Positions 46,890-56,838 of a stretch of 64,000 bases of DNA are shown piece after piece (within the stretch, counting starts at the first letter, position 1; each line of letters opens with the position of its first letter). Position numbers and translations under genes: made by a program. This DNA comes from an uncultured Gemmatimonadaceae bacterium. Its GTDB lineage: Bacteria; Gemmatimonadota; Gemmatimonadetes; Gemmatimonadales; Gemmatimonadaceae. The stretch covers positions 1,344,001 to 1,408,000 of the forward strand of contig CAWJMB010000002.1 in assembly GCA_963843845.1 (NCBI GenBank), written 5' to 3'. Below the pieces are notes generated by a model, which was given only the letters and a program-made list of their open reading frames with translations, had not been told where the DNA came from and ran no database searches.

Positions 46890-48529
46890 GCTCGCCGGTC
46901 TGGCCCCACGGTGAGGAATCGCCGGCGTACGCGCCGGTGCTGCTGACGGACTCGCACGACCCGGCGGTGGCCGAGGCGGCCTCGCTGCTCGGTGGCTGGC
47001 GCCTCGACATCCGGCCGGCGCGCGATCTCGCGGTCGCGGTCCCCCACACGCGAGATGCGCGCGCGATCGTCGTGACGACCGACAACCCGAACGCGCTGCG
47101 CGACGTCTTCGCCGAGGCGCGGCGCTCGGGCGTCGCCGTCGTGGTGGGGTGCGTCGACGAGACGATGCGTCGCCGCGCGGCGGAGTTGCGGGCGGACGAC
47201 TGGTATCGCCTCCCCGCGCCTGCCGAGGAGATCGCCGCGCGGGTGCGGAGCGCGACGGCACGTGGGGCGCCGACGGGTCCCGCGCTGACCGACCGCATCG
47301 AGCGGGCGGAGTACGAGCAGATGCTCTACGACGCGCGAACCGGGCTGCCGACGCTTCCGATCGCGATCGAAGGGGCGCGGGCGATGATCAAGGAGCGCGG
47401 CGAGGTCGTCGTGCTCTACCTCAACTTCGTGCGCTACTCGAAGCTCGAAGAGATCTACGGCTGGGAGAAGCTCGACGCGGTGCTGGAGACGACGGCGACG
47501 GCGGTGCGCGAGATGCTCGTCGAGTCCGCGTTCGCCGCGTCGAAGGTGCTCGTGTCGTTCACGAACGATGCGGACGTGGTACTGCTGCACGTGCCGGCGG
47601 CCGGGCGCGAGGCGGCGATCGACGGCGAGGTGACCGAGCTGTCGAGTCGGCTCGGCGCGCACGTGGCGCGGCGGCTCGAGGCGACGCACGGCGACGAGAT
47701 CGCGGCGCTGTGCGACGTGTACGTGGGCGTCGCGCACGTGTATCACAACCCGAAGGTGCGCCTCGAGCGACTCATCTACCGCGGCATTCGCGAGGCGGCG
47801 CTCGCGGCGAAGAGCGTGGAGCAGCGCGAGCGGGCGAGCAAGATCGCCGACCTGCGCGCGAGCCTGCGCGAGCGACTCGTGTACGTCGACTACCATCCGA
47901 TCGTCGACGCGGTGACGCGCGAAATCTTCGGCTACGAAGCGCTCGCGCGCGGAGAGATGCGCTCGCTACGGAGCCCGGAGGTGATGTTCGAGGTCGCGGC
48001 CGACGCGGACCTGCTCTGGGAGCTGAGCCGGCTCTGCCGCGCGCGCGCGATCGAGCAGATGGCGGGTCGCCTGGCACCGCACCAGTTGCTGTTCATGAAC
48101 GTCGACCCGCAGGATTTCGCGGACCCCGAATTCACCGAAGCGCAGCTCGCCGTCGACGATCCGCGGCGCGTCGTCATCGAGATCACCGAGCGGACGGCGA
48201 TCAAGGACTATCCGAAGTTTCGCGAGCGGCTCAAGGCGTTCCGCGCGAAGGGCTTCCGCTTCGCCGTCGACGACGCCGGCAGCGGCTACGCGGGGCTCGG
48301 CTCGATCGCGAACCTCGAGCCGGACTTCATCAAGCTCGACATGTCGCTCATCAACTGCATCGACACGAACTTCATCAAGCAGAACCTCGTCGAGACGATG
48401 GTTCGCTTCGCGAACGACCAGGGCGCGAAGGTCATCGCCGAAGGGGTCGAGCGCGCGGAAGAGTACGACACGGTGCAGTCGTTAGGCGTGCATCTCGTGC
48501 AGGGGTTCTTTCTGCACCGGCCCGCCTAA
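46886..48529 (+). CDS. EAL phosphodiesterase with degenerate REC-like and GGDEF-like domains
   Basis: YEALAR, NVDP, IEITER, AVDDAGSGY, IKLD, AEGVE, QGF; upstream YDARTGLP but no GGDEF motif; TTG start overlaps the REC stop. Confidence 0.88.
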   Translation: MSSPVWPHGEESPAYAPVLLTDSHDPAVAEAASLLGGWRLDIRPARDLAVAVPHTRDARAIVVTTDNPNALRDVFAEARRSGVAVVVGCVDETMRRRAAELRADDWYRLPAPAEEIAARVRSATARGAPTGPALTDRIERAEYEQMLYDARTGLPTLPIAIEGARAMIKERGEVVVLYLNFVRYSKLEEIYGWEKLDAVLETTATAVREMLVESAFAASKVLVSFTNDADVVLLHVPAAGREAAIDGEVTELSSRLGAHVARRLEATHGDEIAALCDVYVGVAHVYHNPKVRLERLIYRGIREAALAAKSVEQRERASKIADLRASLRERLVYVDYHPIVDAVTREIFGYEALARGEMRSLRSPEVMFEVAADADLLWELSRLCRARAIEQMAGRLAPHQLLFMNVDPQDFADPEFTEAQLAVDDPRRVVIEITERTAIKDYPKFRERLKAFRAKGFRFAVDDAGSGYAGLGSIANLEPDFIKLDMSLINCIDTNFIKQNLVETMVRFANDQGAKVIAEGVERAEEYDTVQSLGVHLVQGFFLHRPA

Positions 48530-49823
48530 CAACCGTTCGACGAGCGCCCAGGTGCGCGTGTCGGCCCCGAGCCCGGCCTCGACGACCGTGCGGGCGGCGG
48601 TCCCGGCGTGCGTGCGCAGCGCGTCGCTCGTCATCCAGCGGCGCAGCTGCTCGCCGAACGCGCGGGCGGTGCCGACGGCTGCGGCGCCGTTCGCGGCGAG
48701 GAGCAGCATCGCGTCGCGGCTCTCGCGGTGCTGCGGGCCGAACGTGATCGGAAGGCCGCACGCCGCGGGCTCGAGCACCGAGTGCAGCCCCGCGTCGTGG
48801 AAGCCGCCACCGACGTACGCGGCGTCGCCGATCGTGTAGAGCTCGGCGAGCACGCCGACGCGGTCGACGAGCACGACGTCGGCATTCGTCGCGGCGCCGG
48901 CCTCGATCTCACTCAGCCGGGCCAGCGACGCGCGGTGCGATGCCGCCCACCGGACGATCGGCGTCGAGGTGCGCGCGCGTCGGCTCGTGCGGGGCGATGA
49001 CGAGTCGCGCGCGCGGATCGTGGCGCCGGACGGCGACCCACGCCTCGAGCAGCGGCGCTTCGTCCGCCGGCCACGTCGAGCCGGCGACGAGCGTGAAGCG
49101 CCCGACGCCCGTGGCGCCTAACAGTGCGAGGAACGGCGCCGTGCGGTCGACGGCTGCGGCGCGACGCCACGCCTGATCGTAGCGCGTGTCGCCGGTCGTC
49201 GTGACGCGGTCGCGTCGCACACCGAGCTGCACGAGGCGCGCGGCATCGTCGTCACTGATGGCCCCGACGGCGTCGAGCGCGGCGTAGGCGTCGCGGAGCG
49301 CGAGCGAGGCGAGGGTGCCGCGCCGCGTCGAACCGGCGCTGAGCGTCGCGCTCACGAGGCCCACGGGAACGCCGCGGCGCGCGGCGGTCGCGCTGAGGAC
49401 CGGCCAGACATCGAGCTTCGAGTAGACGAGCGCCGTGGGGCGGAGCGCGTCGAACGCGACGGTCGCGTCGCCGGTCGTGTCGAACGGCAGATAGTCGCAG
49501 AAGTCGGCGTTCAGCGACGCCGCGAACGACTCGGCGCTCGGCGAGTAGAACGTGTAGGCGAGTTGCAGATCTGGTCGCGTGCGGCGCGCGATCTCGATCA
49601 GCGGACGCGCCTGCAGCCCCTCGCCGACGCTCGGGGCGTGCAGCCAGAGCAGGGGGCGCGACGGGTCACGACCGCTCGCGCCCCAGGCGGCGTAGCGCTG
49701 CCGGATGCCCCGGCGCGCTCGAAGCGTGCGGGCGAGCTTGCCTGGGCTCGCCGGGGCGACGACCGCGCCGGCGCGGGCGAGCTGTGCGGCGGCGCCGTAG
49801 AGCGGCCGCAGCGCCGCGTTCAC
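48482..49823 (-). CDS. waaA: Kdo transferase, with one frameshift near 48960
   Basis: WLHAPSVGE, YLPFD, TGDTRYD, AGSTW, IAPH; after the shift DRVGVLAELY...YVGGGF...HSVLEPAA. Confidence 0.88.
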
Positions 49824-49827
49824 GCCG

Positions 49828-50601
49828 TCACTTCGCTTCCGCGAGCGCCTTGTCGAGCACCTGGCGGAACAGCTGCACGGGCTCCGCGCCGTCGATGCGC
49901 TGACTGCCGACGAAGAAGCTCGGCGTGCTCTGCACGCCGCGCTGCGCCATGCGGTCGTGGTCGGCCTCGATGAGCGCGCGCATGACGTGCGAGCGCGTGC
50001 ACGTGCGGAACCGTGCCGCGTCGAGCCCGAGCGACGCCGCGAGCGAGTCGAAGTACGGCGACTGGTCGCCTCCCTTCGCCCACGCGGTCTGGTTGCTGAA
50101 CAGCGCGCTGTGGTAGGCCCAGAACTTCCCCTGCGCCGACGCGCACATCGCGGCTTCCGCGGATGGAAGCGCCTGCTCGTGCATCTCGAGCGGGTAGTTG
50201 AAGAACGCGAGGCGGATCTTGCCGGCGTCGACGTACTCGCGCTTCAGTGCCTCGTACGACGCGTCGTGCCACATCTTGCAATAGGGGCACTGGAAGTCGC
50301 TCGCCTCGATCATCCACAGCTTCGCCGTCGGCGCGCCGATGATCCGGCCGGCGTCGGCCGCCGTGCGGAGCTGCGCCGAGTCGGCGGGCATGGCGACGTC
50401 CGCGACAGGCTCGCCGCCAGCCACGCCGCTCGCCGTCGCTACGGGTGAGGCGGCCGGTGCTGCCGCCGCTGGAACGGCTGCGGCTGGTGCGGCTGCGGCT
50501 GGTGGGGCTGCGGCGGTTCCGTCGCCTGGCTTGCTGCACGCGGAGGCGATGGCGAGAACGAGCAGCGCCGCGGAGGCGGGCGAACGGAACGAGAAACGCA
50601 T
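49828..50601 (-). CDS. DsbA-family thiol:disulfide oxidoreductase lipoprotein
   Basis: Lipobox ASAC; SDFQCPYC; GVQSTPSF cis-Pro loop. Confidence 0.9.
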   Translation of the reverse strand: MRFSFRSPASAALLVLAIASACSKPGDGTAAAPPAAAAPAAAVPAAAAPAASPVATASGVAGGEPVADVAMPADSAQLRTAADAGRIIGAPTAKLWMIEASDFQCPYCKMWHDASYEALKREYVDAGKIRLAFFNYPLEMHEQALPSAEAAMCASAQGKFWAYHSALFSNQTAWAKGGDQSPYFDSLAASLGLDAARFRTCTRSHVMRALIEADHDRMAQRGVQSTPSFFVGSQRIDGAEPVQLFRQVLDKALAEAK

Positions 50602-50670
50602 AGGCGGGAGGAAGAAGTCGCGCGGCGGTGACACAAGTCGGGCTCGCTGCCGTATTAACATACAACGTCA

Positions 50671-51553
50671 ATGCACGTCATCGCCTCGCTTCTCTTCTGG
50701 CTGCTCGGGCTGTTCGCTCTGCAGCCGCAGCTGTCGATCCCGGCCCCGGTCGGCCTCGTCAACGACTTCGCGAACGTGCTGTCGGCGGACGCGGTCGCCC
50801 GCATCGAGGCGATCGCGCGCGACGTGCGCGCCAAGTCCGGCGGCGAGATCGCGGTCGTCACGCTCGCCGACATCGGCACGCGCAACGTCGGCGACGTCGC
50901 GCTCGCAGATCGGCCGGCAGTGGAAGGTCGGCAGCAACGCGGCGATCGGCGACGCGGCGCGGAACGCCGGCGTCGTCATCCTCGTGGTGCCGAAGGAGAC
51001 GAGCTCCGACGGGCGCCGGCCACATCGCGATCCAGACGGGGCAGGGCACCGAAGGCGTTCATCACCGATGCGCGAGGCCGGCGACATCCGCCGAGAGGCG
51101 ACGCCGCGGCTCGATCGCGCGCGACTACGGCGGCGCGCTCGAACTGATGGTCGCTGCGCGTGGCGGAGCAGTTCGCGCGGGGAGTTCGGCTTCGCGCTCG
51201 ACACGTCGGCGACGGCGCTGCCACCGGCTGCCAGCCGCTGCCCGAGCGCGACGTTCGGCGTGGCCGCGCGGTGGCGGGATCAATCCGCTCGTCGCGCTCG
51301 TCGTGTTCTTCGTCGTCGTCAGCGTGCTCAGCTCGATCGGCAGGGCGACGCCGGCGCGGCGGGTGCGGCGGCGGCGGGTGCATCCCGATCCCGATCATCC
51401 CGTTCCCGCCGGCGGACACCGCGGCGGAAGCTGGGGCGGGGGCGGCTGGGGCGGCGGCGGCGGTTGGGGCGGCGGCGGCGGTGGCGGCGGCGTTCGGCGG
51501 CTTCGGCGGCGGCGGCGGGTTCAGCGGCGGCGGCTCGAGTGGATGACTGGTGA
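50671..51553 (+). CDS. TPM-domain (YgcG-like) membrane protein with multiple frameshifts
   Basis: VNDFANVL, EIAVVTL, WKVG...GVVILVVP, IAIQTGQG and a Gly-rich GGFGGGGGFSGGG tail, spread across three frames. Confidence 0.8.
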
Positions 51554-51592
51554 GCGCGAGGAATGCGCCCGGACCGGATGGCGGATGGCACG

Positions 51593-52312
51593 ATGACGCT
51601 CGACGATCTCGTGACGCAGCTGCGCGTCCGCGTACGGCGCGGCGCTGCGGGCGGTCGTGCTCTACGGCTCGGCTGCGCGGGAGCGCCGCCGCGGCCGGGG
51701 CAGGCGAGCTACAACGTGCTGGTCGTCGTCGACACGCTCGGGCATGGCGCAGCTGCGTGCCGTCGCGCCACGGCGCGCGCGTGGAGCGAGGCCGGGCATC
51801 CGCCGCCGCTCACGCTGACGGCGCGCGAGTGGCTGTCGTCGGCCGACGTGTTCCCGATGGAGTACGCCGACGTGCTCGACGCAGCACCGCGTGCTGCACG
51901 GCGCGCTGCCGCTGGAGGGCATGGCCGTCGCCGCCGGCCGATCTGCGCGTCGAGGTGGAGCAGCAGGTGCTCGGGCAAGCTGCTGCAGCTGCGGCAGGGG
52001 ATCCTCGCGGCCGGCGGCGTTCCGAAGCGCCAGCTGGAGCTGCTGAGGCGAGCCTGAGCACGCTGATGGTCGTCTTCCGGGGCGTCGTGCGACTCCACGG
52101 CGAGACGCCGGCGAGCGGACTACGAGGCGCTCGCCGGGCAGGTGGCGGCCAGGGCGGGGTTCGATGCGGCGCCGTTCGTGCGCGTCGTCCGGCACGTGCG
52201 CGGTGGCGAGAAGCTCGCGCCCGAGCGCGCCGAGTCGACGCTGGGCGAGTATCTGGGGGCGCTCGAAACGCTCGTCGCGCACGTCGATCGGATGCCGATG
52301 ACGAACGCCTGA
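51593..52312 (+). CDS. Nucleotidyltransferase-like protein with multiple frameshifts
   Basis: AVVLYGSAA, YNVLVVV and SADVFPMEY segments in alternating frames. Confidence 0.7.
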
Positions 52313-52398
52313 CGGTCCCGGTCATGGAACGGGCCGACGGCCCCGGGTACGAGTACGCCGCCGTCGCACTCACCAAACGAACTTCTCGAGGAACCGAC

Positions 52399-53016
52399 AT
52401 GCTTGGACGCCGAACGCTTCGACGCCGCTGGCTTCCGCTCGCGACCGCGACGCTGTTGCTGGGCGGAACCGGCTGCGGCTACAACCGCATCCAACAGCTC
52501 GACGAGACCGCGAACAGCGCGAAGCAGCAGATCGACGTGCAGCTCAAGCGGCGCGCCGACCTGATCCCGAATCTCGTCGCGACCGTGAAGGGGTACGCGC
52601 AGCAGGAGAACGAGATCTTCACGCGAGTCGCGGAGGCGCAGCGCGGACTCACGGGGGCGCTCGCGCGACCCGGCGGGTCCGACCCGCAGGAGCTCGCACA
52701 GGCGGACGAGAATCTGAACCGCGCGCTCGTGCCGATGCTGACGCTGGTGCAGGCGTACCCGCAGTTACAGTCGAATCAGCAGTTCCTGCGGCTGCAGGAC
52801 GAGCTGACCGGAACGGAGAACCGCATCGCGACCGCGCGCACGGATTACAACGGCGCCGTGCGCGAGTACAACACGCGTCATCCGCACCTTCCCCTCGGCC
52901 GTCACGGCGAAGGTGACGGGGGCGAAGCTCCGCGCACGTACTTCGAGGTCACCGACGCGGCGACGCGTGAGGCGCCCACCGTCGACTTCAACACGCCGGC
53001 GCCGAAGGCGCCGTGA
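52399..53016 (+). CDS. lemA: LemA family protein with two compensating frameshifts near the 3' end
   Basis: QLKRRADLIPNLV..VKGYA, YPQLQSN, ELTGTENRIA; IRTFP lies in an alternate frame at ~52880-52935. Confidence 0.92.
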   Translation: MLGRRTLRRRWLPLATATLLLGGTGCGYNRIQQLDETANSAKQQIDVQLKRRADLIPNLVATVKGYAQQENEIFTRVAEAQRGLTGALARPGGSDPQELAQADENLNRALVPMLTLVQAYPQLQSNQQFLRLQDELTGTENRIATARTDYNGAVREYNTRHPHLPLGRHGEGDGGEAPRTYFEVTDAATREAPTVDFNTPAPKAP

Positions 53017-53022
53017 GGCGAG

Positions 53023-54569
53023 TCAGGGGGAGGACTCGGGGCGCGGAAAGAGTGGCGCGCCTCTCGTCACTCGCCAGCCCGACGGGTCGATCGTCATGAG
53101 ATCGGCCCACCGCTGATCGTGCACGTCCCCCGAGCCGCCGAGCTGCTTCCACAGCTCGGCGGCTTTGTTCGGCATGAAGGGGGCGACGCACACGGCCTGT
53201 CGGGCGATCTGCCGAACGAGCGACGCCATCACGGTCGCGAGCTCGTCGCGACGCGCGGGGTCTTTCGCGAGCGTCCACGGCGCGCTGCTCTGCACGTACT
53301 CGTTCGCGCGCGAGACGGTACGCCAGAGGGCGGCGAGCGCCTCGTTCAGCAGGTACCCTCGCGTGCCGTCCATCGACGGCGTGGTAGTCGGCGAGGTCGG
53401 CAGCGTCGGCGTCGTCGACGGCGCGTGCGCGGTGCGGTCGGCACGTCGCCGCCGAAGTACTTCTCGACCATGGCGATCGTGCGGCTCGCGAGGTTGCCGA
53501 ACGCGTTCGCGAGGTCGGCGGTGTAGCGCTCGTCGAATCGCTCCCACGAGAAGTTGCCGTCGCCGTCGAACGGGACCTCGCGCAGCAGGAAGTAGCGGAA
53601 CGCGTCGACGCCGTAGCGGTCGATCGCTTCGCCGAGGTCGAGGCTGTGACGCCGGAGCTCTTGCTGAAACGCTCGCCGCCCAACAGCACGAAGCCGTGCG
53701 CCCAGACCTGTTCGGGGAGCGGAAGCTCGGCCGCCTTCAGCATCGCCGGCCAGACGACCGTGTGCAGCCGTGTGATGTCCTTGCCGACGACGTGGAGCTG
53801 CGCGGGCCAGCGCGTCTCGAAGCCCGCGTCGGGATAGCCGGTCGCCGTGAGGTAGTTCGGCAGCGCGTCGAACCAGACCCACGTGCCCTGCGACTCGCCG
53901 GTCGTCGACGGGATCGGGAACGGGATCGCCCAGGCGAGCCGCGAGCGCGTGATCGAGAGATCCTCGAGTCCCTGATCGAGCAGCGACAGGATCTCGTTGC
54001 GGCGGCTCTCCGGGCGCAGGAAGTCCGGGTGCGTCGCGAAGTGCTCGCGCAGGAAGTCGCCGTACTTCGTCAGGCGGAAGAACCAGTTGCGCTCCTCGCG
54101 TCCACTGCAGCTCTCGCGTCGGGTGCAGCACGCAGTGGCCGTCGACGATCTCGGTCTCGCGCTTGAACAGCTCGCAGCCGACGCAGTACCACCCTTCGTA
54201 CGTCTGCTCGTAGAAGTCGTCGGGGTTGCGCTCCGCGATGCGCTCGATGAGTGCGCGGACGCCGCGCTTGTGCGACGCGTCGGTCGTGCGGATGAACTGG
54301 TCGTACGAGATGTCGAGGCGCGCCCACATCCGCCGGAACGTCTCCGCGATCCCGTCGACGAACGCCTGCGGCGCGAGGCCGCGCGCCTCCGCCGTCTGCG
54401 CGACCTTCTGTCCGTGCTCGTCGAGCCCCGTGAGGAAGTGCACGGCGCGGCCCGCCTGCCGCATGTACCGCGCGATGACGTCGGCACCGAGCTTCTCGTA
54501 GGCGTGGCCGTGGTGCGGCTCGCCGTTCGCGTAGTCGATGGCGGTCGTGATGAAGAACGGGGTCGTCAT
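53023..54569 (-). CDS. metG: Methionine--tRNA ligase (short form) with about four frameshifts
   Basis: TTAIDYANGEPHHGH, GLDEHGQK, FIRTT, YEGWYC, VWFDAL.NY, GKDI, RFSKS, DLANAFGNL. Confidence 0.93.
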
Positions 54570-55819
54570 GCGTCGTCGCTCGTGGCGTCTGGGGCGTCTG
54601 GGGCGTCGGGCGGGGAGCCGCCCGCCGCATTGCTGCGCCCCCGCCGGCCGCCGCGCCGCCCGCGACGTCGGCGACGCACCGGGGCGTTCTCGTCGACCGG
54701 CGTGCCGTCCGCGTTCGCGACCGCCTCGTCGTCGAAGTCGTCGTCGCCGACGTCGACGGCCTCGGCGCTGTCGATGGCTTGCGGCTCGACCGGCGCAGGC
54801 GCGGCGCCGACCGGTTCGTCGGCGCGCCGCCGGTCGTTGCGCCGGCGGTCTGCGTCGCGGCGGTCGTCGCGGCGGTCGTCCGGCTGCGACGCCTGCGCTT
54901 CCACGACGACGCTCTCGATCGCGACCGTCGTCTGCGAGATGACGACCGTCGCGCCCTCCTCGCGGTCGTTCAGCGACGCGAGCTCCTGTCGCAGGTCGGC
55001 GAGCGGCACGATCCGCGTCTCGCCGTCGAACGTGCGCAGCGTCACGCGGTCGCGGAAGATGTCGTTCGCAACGACTTTCTCCTCGCCGCGCGCGGTGACG
55101 AGAATCTTCCCCTCTTTCGGGAATCGCTTGCGCGCCTGCACGTAGAACTCGTGCTCGTAGCGCAGCGAGCACATGAGCCGACCACACGCGCCCGAGATCT
55201 GCGTCGGGTTGAGCGACAGGTGCTGGTCTTTCGCGACGCTCAGGTTGACAGGCCGCAGCTCCGGCAGCCACGACGCCGAGCAGTACTCGCGCCCGCAGCG
55301 GCCGACGCCGTCGAGGCGCTTCGCCTCGTCGCGCACGCCGATCTGCTTCAGCTCGATGCGGGTGCGGAAGAGCGCCGCGAGGTCGCGCACGAGCGCCCGG
55401 AAATCGACGCGCTTCTCGGCCGTGAAATACAGGGTGAGCTTTCGCCGGTCCCACTGCCACTCGGCGTCGGTGACCTTCATGACGAGGCCGTGCGCCTTCA
55501 CGCGCTCGATCGCCTTGCGGCGCGCGCTCTCGTTCTGTTCCACGAGGTCGGACGAGCGCCGCACGTCGTCAGCAGTGGCGAGGCGGAGCGCGCGCCGCTG
55601 CGGCTGCGTCGACGCGCCGTCGACGAGCATCGCGGCGCCGTGGGCGACACCGGAGAACCGGTGCTCGGCGGCCTCGGCGACGGCGTGCACGTGGCCCATG
55701 TCCTCGCCGCGGTCACCCTCGACGATGATCGGCAGCCGCACGCGGGGCGGGTCGTCGCCGTCCCAGAGGAAGAACTCCTTGCGGTTCCCCTTGAACGCGA
55801 CCTCGATGAGGTGCGACAT
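54566..55819 (-). CDS. ricT: PSP1/RicT (YaaT) family protein with low-complexity tail
   Basis: YFTAEKRVDFR.LV, RIELKQIGVRDEA, CGREYCS, SGACGRLMCSLRYE. Confidence 0.9.
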   Translation of the reverse strand: MSHLIEVAFKGNRKEFFLWDGDDPPRVRLPIIVEGDRGEDMGHVHAVAEAAEHRFSGVAHGAAMLVDGASTQPQRRALRLATADDVRRSSDLVEQNESARRKAIERVKAHGLVMKVTDAEWQWDRRKLTLYFTAEKRVDFRALVRDLAALFRTRIELKQIGVRDEAKRLDGVGRCGREYCSASWLPELRPVNLSVAKDQHLSLNPTQISGACGRLMCSLRYEHEFYVQARKRFPKEGKILVTARGEEKVVANDIFRDRVTLRTFDGETRIVPLADLRQELASLNDREEGATVVISQTTVAIESVVVEAQASQPDDRRDDRRDADRRRNDRRRADEPVGAAPAPVEPQAIDSAEAVDVGDDDFDDEAVANADGTPVDENAPVRRRRRGRRGGRRGRSNAAGGSPPDAPDAPDATSDDA

Positions 55820-55839
55820 CGGCTTCGCTCTCGACTCGC

Positions 55840-56806
55840 TCAGCCGATGAACTGGCCCATCTTCATGTACTTCTCGCGGCGGCGCCGCACGAGCTTGTCG
55901 GGCTTCACGCGACGCAGCTCGTCGACGTGCTTGAGCAGCACATCGTGCAGCGACTTCGCCGTGGCCTCGTGATCGGCGTGCGCGCCGCCCGCTGGCTCGG
56001 GAATGATCTCGTCGATCACGCGCAACTCGTACAGATCAGGCGCCGTGATGCGCAGCGCCGACGCGGCCTTCTCGCGCATCTCGGGACTCTTGCCGTCCTT
56101 CCAGAGGATCGCGGCGCACCCCTCGACGGTGATGACCGAGTAGACGGAGTTCTCCAGCATGAGCACGCGGTCGGCGACGCCGAACGCGAGCGCGCCGCCG
56201 GAGCCGCCTTCGCCGATGACGGTGGCGATGATCGGCACGCTGCAGCTGCGCCATCTCGATGAGGTTGCGCGCGATCGCCTCGCTCTGCCCGCGCTCCTCG
56301 GCGCCGAGCCCGGCCTACGCGCCGGGCGTGTCGATGAACGTGAGCACCGGCACCTGGAACTTCTCGGCGAGCTTCATGAGGCGCAGCGCCTTGCGATAGC
56401 CCTCGGGGTGCGGCATCCCGAAGTTGCGGCGCAGGTTCTCCTTGGTGTCGCGGCCTCGCTGGTGGCCGATGATCATCACCGTCTCGCCGTCGAGCCGCGC
56501 CAAGCCGCCGACGATCGCCGCGTCCTCGCGGAACGCGCGGTCGCCGTGCAGCTCGATCCAGTCGGTGAAGCAGAGCCGCACGTAGTCGAGCGTGAACGGC
56601 CGGCGGTTGGAGCGCGCGACCTGCACGCGCTGGAGCGGCGTGAGGTTCCGGTAGATCTCGAGCCGCAGCTCCCCGAGCCGTCGCTCGAGCGGCGCGAGGT
56701 CGTCGGCGACGTCGACGGAGCGCTCCGCGGCTGCGCGCTTCAGCTCGTCGATCTGTCGCTCGAGGTCGGCGATGGGCTTCTCGAAGTCGAGTGCCGCTGT
56801 AGCCAT
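55840..56806 (-). CDS. accA: Acetyl-CoA carboxylase carboxyltransferase alpha, with in-frame TAG at 56315-56317 and a frameshift near 56240
   Basis: [53 protein letters not shown]. Confidence 0.93.
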
Positions 56807-56838
56807 GAGTCAGCGCGAAAGGGTGGTCACGTCCGAGC

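Noticed and set aside
56315..56317. Amber readthrough or recoding in accA
   Set aside because: TAG ends many normal genes here (e.g. mpg, atpG); the codon is one base from TGG/TAC and lies in the error-rich patch.
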